Assembly (NCBI GenBank): GCA_947482825.1
Contig: CANKMT010000013.1
Coordinates: 1,714-65,713, forward strand
Source: Betaproteobacteria bacterium
GTDB lineage: Bacteria; Pseudomonadota; Gammaproteobacteria; Burkholderiales; SG8-39
DNA: 64,000 nucleotides
Direction of reading: 5' to 3'
A program made the position numbers and the translations under genes. The notes beneath the pieces were generated by a model. That model did no database searches and was not told the DNA's origin. It worked only from the letters and a program-made list of their open reading frames with translations. Below, one piece after another: positions 1-9,486 of this stretch; the stretch's first letter is position 1, and each line of letters begins with the position of its first letter.

Positions 1-42
1 AAGACCTTCCGGGAAAGAAATCGAGTGCAGCGGAGCCAACCC

Positions 43-105
43 CTTGAACCCCTTGGTGCAGCCGACGCGCATGAAGCCGCGCGCAGCTGACCAAGTACGT
101 TCTGT
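43..105 (+). mobile_element. integron attC-like recombination site
   Basis: AAC(47-49)-5nt-GGTGCAGC(55-62, one extrahelical G)-23nt GC-rich arm-GCTGACC(86-92)-6nt-GTT(99-101). Spacing and pairing match canonical attC. An upstream frame ends with TGA(45-47) overlapping the R'' box. The bases flanking AAC and GTT deviate from RYYYAAC/GTTRRRY. Confidence 0.65.
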
Positions 106-106
106 A

Positions 107-1033
107 ATGACCGTGCGGACCAGCTCCAAGAAAGAAGCCACCGAGCAATCGGCCCGCAATGATTGGGGTTCCCTCTCAAGGTTGCTGCTGTCCGTTGTTT
201 CGGTGCACCGGGTCACCCGGTTGGGTTTGGCGAGCGCTACGCGGGCTGTCACCCGACAGCTGCTTTTGTTCGCTTTGGCAGCACCCGGCCTTGCTGCCGG
301 CCAAACGACTGGCGTGTCATTTCCAAACGCGGTTCTTTCGAGTAACGAGTCCTCGCGCGAGATCTCCGGTCTGCTCGCGAAACCCGAAGGCGCCGGGCCG
401 TTCCCAGCCGTCGTGCTACTGCACACATGCGGCGGCATAAAGCCGCACGTGAGCAACGATTGGCCGGCCTATTTGAATGGCCTGGGCTATGTAACGCTTA
501 CCGTGGACACCTTTGGCTCGCGCGGCCTGGGTCCCTGCGGCAATGCGCTACATCCATCAGGGCCGGGCCCGAAAACCGAGGCGTGTCATGAATTCACCCG
601 TGACGCCTACGGCGCTTTCGACTATCTCGCGAGACGGCCTTACGTAAGACCGGACCAGATTGCTGTAATTGGCTTCTCTCTGGGCGCCAATGCGATCAAC
701 AGTTACCTGATCCACAGACCGCGCTCGTCCTCCGGCAATTTCACTGCGGCGGTAGGCGTTTACGGCCGTTGCCATGACCTCTGGGGCTACAGGCCCGGCA
801 GTACGCCGTTAATGGAACTCGCTGGGGAACTCGATACGCACCATGTCGGCGCCTGCCGCGCCGTGTCCCCTCCGATCGAAGTCCACATTCTTCCGGGGGC
901 ACACCATTCGTGGGACAGTCCGCAGGCAAGTGGCAGGACAGCCGGTAGGGACTTTATGCTTTACGATTCAAACGCCACTGAGAAGTCTCGGGAACTGGTC
1001 AAGAACTTCCTGAGTCGTCACCTAGGCAAATGA
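107..1033 (+). CDS. dienelactone hydrolase family alpha/beta hydrolase (start uncertain)
   Basis: PAVVLLHTCGG, IGFSLGA nucleophile elbow, LPGAHHSWD His motif. Hydrophobic stretch ahead of the mature domain. Codon usage looks less GC3-biased than neighbours (by eye). Confidence 0.8.
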   Translation: MTVRTSSKKEATEQSARNDWGSLSRLLLSVVSVHRVTRLGLASATRAVTRQLLLFALAAPGLAAGQTTGVSFPNAVLSSNESSREISGLLAKPEGAGPFPAVVLLHTCGGIKPHVSNDWPAYLNGLGYVTLTVDTFGSRGLGPCGNALHPSGPGPKTEACHEFTRDAYGAFDYLARRPYVRPDQIAVIGFSLGANAINSYLIHRPRSSSGNFTAAVGVYGRCHDLWGYRPGSTPLMELAGELDTHHVGACRAVSPPIEVHILPGAHHSWDSPQASGRTAGRDFMLYDSNATEKSRELVKNFLSRHLGK

Positions 1034-1082
1034 GTGTCGGCACGCGGTCAGGTATGCGGACGAGCCGCCGCAGACCAAACTG

Positions 1083-1556
1083 TTAGCGGCGTAGAACGAA
1101 ATTCGTGACCACCGCCATCACGAGCGCGATCGCCCCGCTCGCCGCGATGGTCGCCACCAGCTTCGAGTTGGTTCCACGGACAAGCACGGCATAGGCCGGT
1201 TCGGACGGGTCGTAGAAGACCTCCACTTTCGAGCCGACCGCGTAGCGGTTGGCGATCAGCGCAGCAGCAGGTTGGTTCGTCGAACTTGTGCTGCCGACCC
1301 CGATGCGCGAGCCACTCAGGTTCCGGCCGCCGACCTGGTAGTCGTACGTGACCTCGGGGAAACAGGTGGTGCTGCGACTGCCGTCGGAATCCTCGGAAGT
1401 CGATTCGCGCACGCCCGTGGCCGTGATCATGCCGGTGGTTAGCGGCCAAGCCAGCGACTTCTGGCCGCGTTGGTGGGAAAACCAAGCCCAGGCAAAAAGC
1501 CCCAGGGCAATCAGCACCAGCACCGATTAGACGATGGTCGAGGTTGATCCGGTCAT
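1083..1556 (-). pseudogene. DUF3592-type membrane protein with in-frame TAA at codon 10 (or intact with GTG start at 1523)
   Basis: GGAG RBS + ATG at 1556 is in frame with the 1523-1083 ORF but blocked by TAA at 1529-1527. Two terminal TM helices and a PEVTYDYQV...VEVFYDPSEP pattern typical of DUF3592. Confidence 0.6.
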
Positions 1557-1633
1557 ATTTCACTCCCTTGATGAAAGCGCGGCCCGCATGCGTGCACAAT
1601 CCCGCATTCGAACATAGAGGACACAAACAAGCC

Positions 1634-2584
1634 ATGCTCCGAATTGCCGGAATATGCCTTGCGATGACATTCTCGATCGGCGCCGCGCTCGCCCAGTCCT
1701 ATCCCACGCGCCCGGTGCGCATCATCGTGCCCTTCCCGCCCGCCGGCGCGGTCGACATCCTCGGCCGCGTGGTCGGCCAGAAACTCAGCGAAAAGTGGAA
1801 GCAAAGCGTGGTCATCGAGAATCGCCCGGGCGGCGGCACCGTGCTCGGCACCGACCTCGTCGCGAAGTCCCCCGCCGACGGCTACACGCTGCTGGTCGCT
1901 GTGACCTCGCACACGATCAACGCAACCCTGGTCGAGAAACTCCCGTTCGATTCGATCAAGGACTTCGCGCCGATCACGCTGGCCGCCACGGGACTCACCA
2001 TTCTCGTCGCGCACCCTACGGTGCCCGCGAATTCGGTGACCGAACTCATCGCGCATGCCAAGGCGAACCCCGGAAAACTCAATTTCGGCTCGCCGGGCAG
2101 CGGCACCGCGATGCACCTCTCCGGCGAAATGTTCAAGTCGGCCGCCGGCATCAACGTCGTGCATGTCCCGTACAAGGGCACGCAGCCCGTGCTGAACGCC
2201 GTGCTTGCAGGCGAGATCAGCTTTACCTTCGACACCGGCATCTCGATCCCCCAGATCAGGGCCGGCAAGCTTAAGGCATTCGCGGTCACCAGCGCGAAGC
2301 GGACGGCGGCCGCACCCGAGTTGCCGACGATGGCCGAGGCCGGCTTGCCGGGGTTCGAGGCGCAGTCATGGTACGGATTCCTTGCGCCCGCCGGAACACC
2401 AGTGGTCGAACAGCTCAACCGCGACATCAACGAGGCGCTCAGGGACCCTGAAGTGCGCGAGCGGCTGGTGCGCCTCGCACTCGACCCCCAAGGTTCGACG
2501 CCCGCCGAATTCGAGCAGTACCTGAAAGCGGATATTGTGAAATGGGGACGCGTCGTGAAAGCTTCAGGCGCCAAGGCGGACTAA
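1634..2584 (+). CDS. Bug/TctC tripartite tricarboxylate transporter substrate-binding protein
   Basis: Signal peptide, YPTRPVRIIVPFPPAGAVD, ENRPGGG, HVPYKG motifs. AGAGG upstream of ATG 1634. Confidence 0.92.
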   Translation: MLRIAGICLAMTFSIGAALAQSYPTRPVRIIVPFPPAGAVDILGRVVGQKLSEKWKQSVVIENRPGGGTVLGTDLVAKSPADGYTLLVAVTSHTINATLVEKLPFDSIKDFAPITLAATGLTILVAHPTVPANSVTELIAHAKANPGKLNFGSPGSGTAMHLSGEMFKSAAGINVVHVPYKGTQPVLNAVLAGEISFTFDTGISIPQIRAGKLKAFAVTSAKRTAAAPELPTMAEAGLPGFEAQSWYGFLAPAGTPVVEQLNRDINEALRDPEVRERLVRLALDPQGSTPAEFEQYLKADIVKWGRVVKASGAKAD

Positions 2585-2595
2585 CCGGGGAAGCC

Positions 2596-3447
2596 ATGCC
2601 GATGAACCAATTTCCCGACCGGAGCTACCTCGTCGATGTGCGCGAGCTCGAGGAGCGCGCAGGTGCCGTCACCCTGCTCGACCTGCGCCCGGCCGAAGAC
2701 TTCGCGGTCGGGCACATCGAAGGCGCACGGTCGCTGGACATCTATGGCGTAAGCCTCAACGATTCCTCGCCGGCGCCGCTGAACGCATTTCTTGCGATCT
2801 TCAAGACGCTCTTCGGCGCGCGCGGCGTCACCACCGACAAGCCCGTCGTGATCTACGACCACGAATCCGGCGAACGCGCGGCACGCGCGGTGTGGCTCCT
2901 CGCGGTGCTCGGCCATCCCGACGTGAAGTTGCTCGACGGTGGAACGCACGCTTGGACGGCGGCGGGACACAAGCTCTCGCGCATCACCGAAGCGCCGGCG
3001 CCGGTCGACCCGGCCAAGGCGCCGCCGACGCCCCCGCCGTTCAAGGGCGAAACAAACCTCGACCTGCTGGCCACCCGGTTCGACGTGCACGCGGCGATCG
3101 GGAACAAGGACGCGGTGATCGTCGACGTGCGGCGCGAATCGGAACACCGGGGCACCGAAAAGCGCGCGCGCCGCGTCGGCACCATCCCCGGCGCAGTCCA
3201 TGTGTTCTGGCGCGAGCACATTGCCGCAAGCGGCGCCTATCGCCCGGCCGGGGAGATCCGCGCGCTGTACGAATCGCGCGGCGTCACGCCGGACAAGACC
3301 GTCATCCCCGTTTGTCAGGGCGGTTACCGGTCGGCAAGCACCTTCATCGCGCTGAAGTCGCTGGGCTACCCCCGTGTGCGCAACTACGTGTCCTCATGGG
3401 GCGAATGGGGCAACCGGGACGATTCCGTGATTGTCCTTCCGCCTTGA
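2596..3447 (+). CDS. tandem-domain rhodanese/sulfurtransferase
   Basis: LLDLRP..F..GHIEGA, LLDGG, IVDVR, active-site loop VCQGGYRS, NYVSSWGEWG. Confidence 0.9.
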   Translation: MPMNQFPDRSYLVDVRELEERAGAVTLLDLRPAEDFAVGHIEGARSLDIYGVSLNDSSPAPLNAFLAIFKTLFGARGVTTDKPVVIYDHESGERAARAVWLLAVLGHPDVKLLDGGTHAWTAAGHKLSRITEAPAPVDPAKAPPTPPPFKGETNLDLLATRFDVHAAIGNKDAVIVDVRRESEHRGTEKRARRVGTIPGAVHVFWREHIAASGAYRPAGEIRALYESRGVTPDKTVIPVCQGGYRSASTFIALKSLGYPRVRNYVSSWGEWGNRDDSVIVLPP

Positions 3448-3553
3448 ATTCAGGAGATTGTATTTCGGATCCCCTCGCCATTATTGACTCTCCGGTCAGT
3501 TGGTGTACTGATGTCGATACAATACGAGGATCCATGGACTGCGGGACGCCGCC

Positions 3554-3979
3554 ATGAAGATCAGGATTTTCTCCCCCGCCGATGAAGCGGCCGTCGTCGC
3601 CCTTTGGCAGCGCTGCGAGCTCACGCGGCCGTGGAACGACCCGCACAAGGACATCCATCGCAAGCTCGCCGTGCAGCCCGAGTTATTCCTCGTGGGTGAA
3701 AGGGACGGCGTGCTGATCGCCACCGTGATGGCCGGCTACGACGGGCACCGCGGCTGGGTCAACTACCTTGCCGTGGATCCGGATCACCGCAACGCCGGAT
3801 ACGGCCGGGCACTCATGCGCCATGTCGAAGCCGAGCTGGAAGCGCGCGGCTGCCCCAAGCTCAACATGCAGGTGCGGGCCTCGAACGCATTAGTGCTCGA
3901 TTTCTACCGCGCAATCGGCTACACGACGGACGACGCCGTCAGCCTGGGCAAGCGCCTGATCCCGGACACGCCGCCTTGA
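3554..3979 (+). CDS. ypeA: GNAT acetyltransferase, YpeA-like
   Basis: TRPWNDP, MAGYDGHRGWVNYLAVDP, GCPKLNMQVR, VSLGKRL motifs. Confidence 0.85.
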   Translation: MKIRIFSPADEAAVVALWQRCELTRPWNDPHKDIHRKLAVQPELFLVGERDGVLIATVMAGYDGHRGWVNYLAVDPDHRNAGYGRALMRHVEAELEARGCPKLNMQVRASNALVLDFYRAIGYTTDDAVSLGKRLIPDTPP

Positions 3980-4602
3980 TCCCCGCTCTCGAAGCCCTTT
4001 CGCGATTGCGCGAAGGCAACCTGCGCTTCGTCGCCGAGCAGCGCGAGGACGCTACCGCCGGCCGGGTGCGCCGCCGCGAGGTTGCCGTGGCGCAGGAACC
4101 CTTTGCGATCATCCTCGGCTGCTCGGACTCGCGCGTGCCGGCCGAGATCGTATTCGACCAGGGACTGGGCGATCTTTTCGTGATCCGCGTCGCAGGCAAC
4201 ATCGTGGCGCCTTCACAGATCGGCAGCGTCGAGTTCGCCACCGAACGCTTCGACACGCGGCTGGTCGTGGTTCTCGGGCATACGCAGTGCGGCGCTATCC
4301 TCGCCACGCTCGAGGAACTTGCGCGTCCCACGGTGGCGCGATCGAAGAACCTGCGCTCGATCGTTAGCCGGATCCGGCCCGCAGTGAGGGAGTTGATGTA
4401 CGCAAAGCCTCCGCTCGGGCACGAGGCGCTCGTGCGCCAGTCGGTGCGCGCCAACATCCGCGTGTCGGCCAGCCACCTGCGGCACGGCTCGACGATGCTC
4501 GAGCAGGCCATCCGGGACAACGGCCTTATCGTCGTCGGCGCGGAGTATTCGCTCGAAACCGGCCTGGTGGACTTCTTCGATGGCGTGCCTGGCCCGCGCT
4601 GA
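3976..4602 (+). CDS. beta-class carbonic anhydrase
   Basis: GCSDSRVP, RVAGN and GHTQCGA zinc motifs. TTG start overlaps the upstream stop. Confidence 0.93.
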   Translation: MIPALEALSRLREGNLRFVAEQREDATAGRVRRREVAVAQEPFAIILGCSDSRVPAEIVFDQGLGDLFVIRVAGNIVAPSQIGSVEFATERFDTRLVVVLGHTQCGAILATLEELARPTVARSKNLRSIVSRIRPAVRELMYAKPPLGHEALVRQSVRANIRVSASHLRHGSTMLEQAIRDNGLIVVGAEYSLETGLVDFFDGVPGPR

Positions 4603-4613
4603 CGCCGGGCGCT

Positions 4614-5141
4614 TCAACCCTTGAGGTGCGCTTCGCGGTTCTGGTAGAGCTGGTCGTCCGCGTAGCCCATCGCCTCCGGGCGGCCCTTGCCGAGCATGAC
4701 CTGGAAATAGACCGGCTCGAGGCTCTCGTTGATGTAGCCGTGGATCACGCCCGGCGGGCAGGCGATGCACTCCCAGGGGCCGAGTTTGATGTCGATGCGG
4801 CGTCCGGCCTCGTCCTGCACGAAAGCGGTGAGGTAGCCCTGCAGCACGAAGAAGATTTCCTCGACCTCGTGCGTGTGCGCCGCGTTGCCCTGGCCCGGCT
4901 CGACGTACATGATGCTGAGCGTGAACGCGCGCGGCGGGATGGCCGCAGTGTCGCCGTGCTTGCCCGAGCCGCCGGCGCCGATGAAACGATGCTGCGCGCG
5001 CTTGAAGCCTTCGATCTTCGCGTCCTCGAAGGCGGCCCAGTCGGGCTTGCGGTCGCGAAAGCGCGCGGTGAATTTCTGCGCGACCTCGTCGAGCGACAAG
5101 GCGGCGATCTCCTTGGGCATGGGGTGGCGTGCGATGGTCAT
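4614..5141 (-). CDS. cupin domain protein
   Basis: PGQGNAAHTHEVEEIFFVLQG and PPGVIHG metal-binding cupin motifs. ATGA overlap with the upstream amidohydrolase. Confidence 0.85.
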   Translation of the reverse strand: MTIARHPMPKEIAALSLDEVAQKFTARFRDRKPDWAAFEDAKIEGFKRAQHRFIGAGGSGKHGDTAAIPPRAFTLSIMYVEPGQGNAAHTHEVEEIFFVLQGYLTAFVQDEAGRRIDIKLGPWECIACPPGVIHGYINESLEPVYFQVMLGKGRPEAMGYADDQLYQNREAHLKG

Positions 5142-6526
5142 GATGCGTTCCTCTCCGTGGTGATTGCGGCACTCCTGCGCGCAGGCAGGATGCCGAGTTC
5201 GGTGACTCGCTCCTGGGTGTAGAGGTCGTTCCAGTTGGTCCAGGCCTGGTCGGTGACCTGGCGCGGGTCGTAGCCGCGTTCCGGGATGGAGATGCGCTTG
5301 CCGCCGACGTGCACATGCCGGATGCGCGACTTGTCCTGCAGGATGGAGACGTCTTCCAAAGGCGAGCCGGCCACGGCGATGAAGTCGGCGGCCCGGCCGG
5401 CTTCGAGCACGCCCAGCGATTCGCCCTTGGCCATGAAACCCGCAGTGACCGAGGTCGCCGCGCGAAGCGCCGCCGCCGGCGTGAAGCCGAGGTCGTTGAC
5501 GAAAATTTCGATTTCGCGTGCATGCCACTCGCCGTAGGGCGTGACCGCGAAACCGGAATCGGTACCGGTCATCATCGGGATGCCGGCTTCGCGCGCCCGG
5601 CGCAGGTTCACGCAGGCCGTCTCGTACTCTCGCTGCACGTCGCCGATGCGCCCCTTGAGCGAAGCGGGTTCGGTGGGCCGCGTGAAATCGACGATGTTGC
5701 GCGGGAAGGTGAGCGTCGGGCCGATCGCGCTGCCCGATTGGAGGATCGCGTCGATGCATTCCCGGTCGAGGTAGTACGCATGAAAGATCAGGTCGACGCC
5801 GGCGCGCGCCGAATAGAGCGTTGCCTCCCTGCCCCGCGCGTGGACAACGACCTTGCGACCTTGCCGGTGAGACTCGGTGACGATGTCGGTAATCTCCTGC
5901 TGGGTGAAAGCGGCGATGAACTCTCCGTCCGGCCGTCGCTGCACGCCGTCCATGGCAACCTTGATGCAGTCCACACCGTTCTTGGCCTGCACGCGGATCT
6001 CCTCGATCGATTCGTCGCGGCTGGTGACCAGGCGCCCGATCGACGTGTCGGGCACGCCGATCCAGGTCGGGTACCAATCCGTGAGTCCCTGGCGCGTGGT
6101 GAGGTAGCGGCCGGCCGCCGTCACCCGCGGGCCCTCGAACAGGCCGAAGTTGATTGAATTGCGCACCGAGAGCGAGATCTGGCCCGCATCGCCCGGCGAG
6201 CAGATCGACGTAAAGCCGGCCGAAAGGCATTTCTGCGCGAAGAACAGCCCGCGGATCGAGCGGAATTCCATCGGCTGGTAGAGATCGATGTCTTCCTCGG
6301 TCTTCGCATTGCCGTACGCAAGATGCGTGTGCACGTCCTGCAAACCGGGCATCACGAAGAACTCGCTGTAGTCGAGTTGCGTGTCGCCCTTGGCCGCCTT
6401 GGGGGCGGACGCGGTGGGGCCGGCGTAGGCGATCCGGCCGTTGGCGTCGATCACCATCAGCTGACCGGCGCGCGCAGTGTCCTCGGTGCCGGTGAAGAGC
6501 GAGCCGCAGTGTACGTAGGTGGCCAT
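5138..6526 (-). CDS. metal-dependent amidohydrolase (prolidase-like clade)
   Basis: PGLQDVHTH, CIKVAMD (carboxylatable Lys), VHARG, IFHA, TGTDSG. Confidence 0.88.
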   Translation of the reverse strand: MATYVHCGSLFTGTEDTARAGQLMVIDANGRIAYAGPTASAPKAAKGDTQLDYSEFFVMPGLQDVHTHLAYGNAKTEEDIDLYQPMEFRSIRGLFFAQKCLSAGFTSICSPGDAGQISLSVRNSINFGLFEGPRVTAAGRYLTTRQGLTDWYPTWIGVPDTSIGRLVTSRDESIEEIRVQAKNGVDCIKVAMDGVQRRPDGEFIAAFTQQEITDIVTESHRQGRKVVVHARGREATLYSARAGVDLIFHAYYLDRECIDAILQSGSAIGPTLTFPRNIVDFTRPTEPASLKGRIGDVQREYETACVNLRRAREAGIPMMTGTDSGFAVTPYGEWHAREIEIFVNDLGFTPAAALRAATSVTAGFMAKGESLGVLEAGRAADFIAVAGSPLEDVSILQDKSRIRHVHVGGKRISIPERGYDPRQVTDQAWTNWNDLYTQERVTELGILPARRSAAITTERNAS

Positions 6527-6551
6527 CGGTGCCTCCTTCAGCGTTCCGGTT

Positions 6552-7847
6552 TCAGTACAGGCGCTGCGGCAGCCACATCGCAAGGCCCGGGAAGAAGATG
6601 AGGATCCACACCATGAGGATCATCACGGCAAGGAAGGGCAGCGAGCTTCGCGCAATGAACATCACTGAGAACTTCGGCAACACGCCGTGGATCGTAAAGA
6701 GATTCAGTCCGAAAGGCGGCGTGACCAGGCCGATTTCGGCCAGCAGCACGAACGTGACGCCCCACCATACGGGGTCGTAGCCCAGCTTCAATATCACCGG
6801 CATGACGAACGACAGCGTCAGCAGCATCATCGCCATCGAATCGAAGAACATGCCCAGGATCAGGTACAGGATTACGATCGCGAGCATGGTGCCGTACTTG
6901 CCTATGCCGAGGTCCAGCACGGCGGAGGACACCTTGGCGGTGGCGCCGAGGTCCTGCAGCACGAACGAGAGCAGCCGCGCCGCGAAGATGATGAACGCGA
7001 TCATTGCCGTGACCTTCACCGCCGAGAGCAGCGCGTTCCTGACCATCGCGTAACTCAGCGTGTTGTAGTACCACGCGATGCACAGTGCGAGGATTGCGCC
7101 GAGCGCGGAGGCTTCGGTGGGGGTCATGAGCCCGCCGAAGATCGAGCCCATCACCAGCAGGATCACCGCGAGCCAGGGCAGCATGTCCTTGATCGCGTTG
7201 ATCCGCTCGCCCCACGACGCCGGCTGCGAGCGCGGCGCGAGTTCGGGCTTGAGCTTGACCATCACGATCACGGTGAGCATCAACAGGAGCATGAGCACCA
7301 TGCCCGGAATCAGCGCCGCGGCGAAGAGCCGCGCCACGGAGACGTTTTCCCACGAACCGTAGACGATCAGGATCAGGCTCGGCGGCACAAGCACGCTCAA
7401 GGTCCCGCCCACCGCGATCGCACCGATCGAGAGCTTGGGGTCGTACCCGCGTTTCTCCATTTCCGGGTACGCGATCATGCTGAACGTCGCCGCCGCCGCC
7501 ACGCTCGACCCTGAGATCGCGCCGAACACGCCGTTGGCCGCTATGACCACCGAAGCGAGCCCCCCCGGCAGCCAGCCCAGCCATTTGTCGAGCGCCGCGA
7601 AAAGGACGTTCACCGCGCCGCTGCCCGAAAACACCGCGCCCATGAAAATGAACAGCGGCATGGCGAGCAGCGTGAAGGAGTTGAGCGACTCCCAGGCCGT
7701 CCACGCCATTTGCACGAGCGGCTTGTCCACGGCAAACACCAGCCCGATCGAGGCGGCCACCGCCATCGCCACGCCGATCTCGACGCCGAGCGCGAGCAGG
7801 AGGAGCAACCCTCCCATGAGCAGCGCCGAAACGATCTCCGGGCTCAT
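6552..7847 (-). CDS. dctM: TRAP transporter large permease
   Basis: About 12 TM helices, AMPLFIFMG, GAISGSSVA, GGTLSVLVPPS, GLVTPPFGLNLF. Confidence 0.93.
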   Translation of the reverse strand: MSPEIVSALLMGGLLLLLALGVEIGVAMAVAASIGLVFAVDKPLVQMAWTAWESLNSFTLLAMPLFIFMGAVFSGSGAVNVLFAALDKWLGWLPGGLASVVIAANGVFGAISGSSVAAAATFSMIAYPEMEKRGYDPKLSIGAIAVGGTLSVLVPPSLILIVYGSWENVSVARLFAAALIPGMVLMLLLMLTVIVMVKLKPELAPRSQPASWGERINAIKDMLPWLAVILLVMGSIFGGLMTPTEASALGAILALCIAWYYNTLSYAMVRNALLSAVKVTAMIAFIIFAARLLSFVLQDLGATAKVSSAVLDLGIGKYGTMLAIVILYLILGMFFDSMAMMLLTLSFVMPVILKLGYDPVWWGVTFVLLAEIGLVTPPFGLNLFTIHGVLPKFSVMFIARSSLPFLAVMILMVWILIFFPGLAMWLPQRLY

Positions 7848-7848
7848 C

Positions 7849-8373
7849 TCAGAAATCCTCCGCGCCGAATTCGTCCACGACGCGGCCTGAGCGGAGGCGC
7901 TCGAGCGCCTTCACAAGCTGGCCCAGGAGGACCAGCGCGAACAGCGTGAAGCCCGCCGGAATCGCCATCTGCGGCCACTTGAGCGGCGTCCTCAGCAACG
8001 AATTGGAGCGCATGTCGCGCGTGAAGGAGTCGCCGAGAAACTTCCAGCTCACCCAGGCCGCCACCGAAACGCACGCCAGGCCCAGGACGAGCGACGCGAT
8101 GCGGATGTATCCGGTGGTTCGCGGATCCAGCCTTTCCACGATGAACGTGATGCGGATGTGCCCTTTCTCCTGCGCGCAGTAGGCCAGGCCCAGGAAGCTC
8201 ACCGCGACCATCGCGTAACCGCCCAGCTCGTCGCTGAGGATCATCGGGTTCTTCAGCACGTAGCGCGAGACCACCTCGAGCATCGTAAGCACGACGATGG
8301 CCAGCAGCACGGCACCGGCCGCGTAGCCGGTGCCGTACGACAGCCTTTCGACGAACCGCGCGAGCCTTTGCAT
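7849..8373 (-). CDS. dctQ: TRAP transporter small permease
   Basis: Four TM helices, SRYVLKNP..SDELG, GHIRITF. Lies between dctP and dctM. Confidence 0.9.
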   Translation of the reverse strand: MQRLARFVERLSYGTGYAAGAVLLAIVVLTMLEVVSRYVLKNPMILSDELGGYAMVAVSFLGLAYCAQEKGHIRITFIVERLDPRTTGYIRIASLVLGLACVSVAAWVSWKFLGDSFTRDMRSNSLLRTPLKWPQMAIPAGFTLFALVLLGQLVKALERLRSGRVVDEFGAEDF

Positions 8374-8394
8374 CGCCGCCGCGCCGGATTGCAG

Positions 8395-9486
8395 TTACTT
8401 CGCCATGTCGCGGATGAAGCCGACCGAAGGCCCTTTGGCATGGGTGGCCGCAATGCGCAACACGTCCTTGCCGCTTGGGCCCGCGGTGTCGAGCCATTCC
8501 TTGACCACCGGCTGCATGAGCGCCATGGCTTTGCGCACCTCGGCGTCGTCCGGGACGATCATCTCGGTCTTGGTCGAGCGGATCCACAGGTTGTAGGTGT
8601 TTTCCATCTGCTCGATCGCGGTCGCCATCTCGCCGGTCAACTGGGCCGAGGCGCGCAACAGGCCTTCCTTCTGCCGCTGATCGAGCTTGTCCCATGCCTT
8701 GACGTTGACGAGGATGTATTGGGGGAAGATCGGCGTGATCGGCCAGATGGATACGTACTTGGCAAGCGCGGTCAGGCCCCGCTCGGCGCCGAAGCTCTTG
8801 CTGGTCGTGATCGCATCGACCGTGCCGCGGGAAAGGGCCTCTTCGATCTCGGCCATCGACAGCGTGAGCGGGCTGCCGCCGAGGTCGCGCAGGGCCGAAG
8901 TCTGGGTGCGACCGGAAGCGCGCATCTTCACGCCCTTGAAATCGGCCAGCGTCTTGATCGGCTTGTTGCCCCAGAGCGCGTTGTTGGCCAGCGAAATCGC
9001 CGAGCCGAGCACCTTGAATCCGGCTTGTTTGGTTGCATTGTCGAGGACCGCCATCATTTTCGGGTCAGTGATCGCGAGGGCGTATTCGGTCGCGCCGTTG
9101 GGCATCTCGGAGAACAGCCCCGGGATGCCGCCGAAGTCGAGCAGCGGGTAGGTTCCCGAGGCCGCCGCGATCGACTGCGTGCCCATGAGCACACGGCCAT
9201 CGCCGACCGCGAAGGCCGAATCCATGATGCCGAAGAGTTTTTCCTTGATGTCGAGCTTGACCGTGCCACCAGTGTATTGAGTTACGAGCTGTTCGTAGCG
9301 GCCGCCCGGACGGAACGGCCAGACCAGGATGTTGCCGCGCCCGTAGGCGCCTTCCCAGTTGAACGAAAGCGTGGTGGGTGCGGCCGGTTTGGGTTGCGCG
9401 TGGACCGTGAATGAGGCGGCCGCAAATGCGATCGCGGAGCACAGCAACGGCAGTGCCGCCATCGTGAATCGTCTGCTGACTTTCAT
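8395..9486 (-). CDS. dctP: TRAP substrate-binding protein
   Basis: Signal peptide, DFKGVKMRASG (conserved Arg), EIEEALSRGTVDA. ATGA overlap with the upstream gene. Confidence 0.85.
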   Translation of the reverse strand: MKVSRRFTMAALPLLCSAIAFAAASFTVHAQPKPAAPTTLSFNWEGAYGRGNILVWPFRPGGRYEQLVTQYTGGTVKLDIKEKLFGIMDSAFAVGDGRVLMGTQSIAAASGTYPLLDFGGIPGLFSEMPNGATEYALAITDPKMMAVLDNATKQAGFKVLGSAISLANNALWGNKPIKTLADFKGVKMRASGRTQTSALRDLGGSPLTLSMAEIEEALSRGTVDAITTSKSFGAERGLTALAKYVSIWPITPIFPQYILVNVKAWDKLDQRQKEGLLRASAQLTGEMATAIEQMENTYNLWIRSTKTEMIVPDDAEVRKAMALMQPVVKEWLDTAGPSGKDVLRIAATHAKGPSVGFIRDMAK

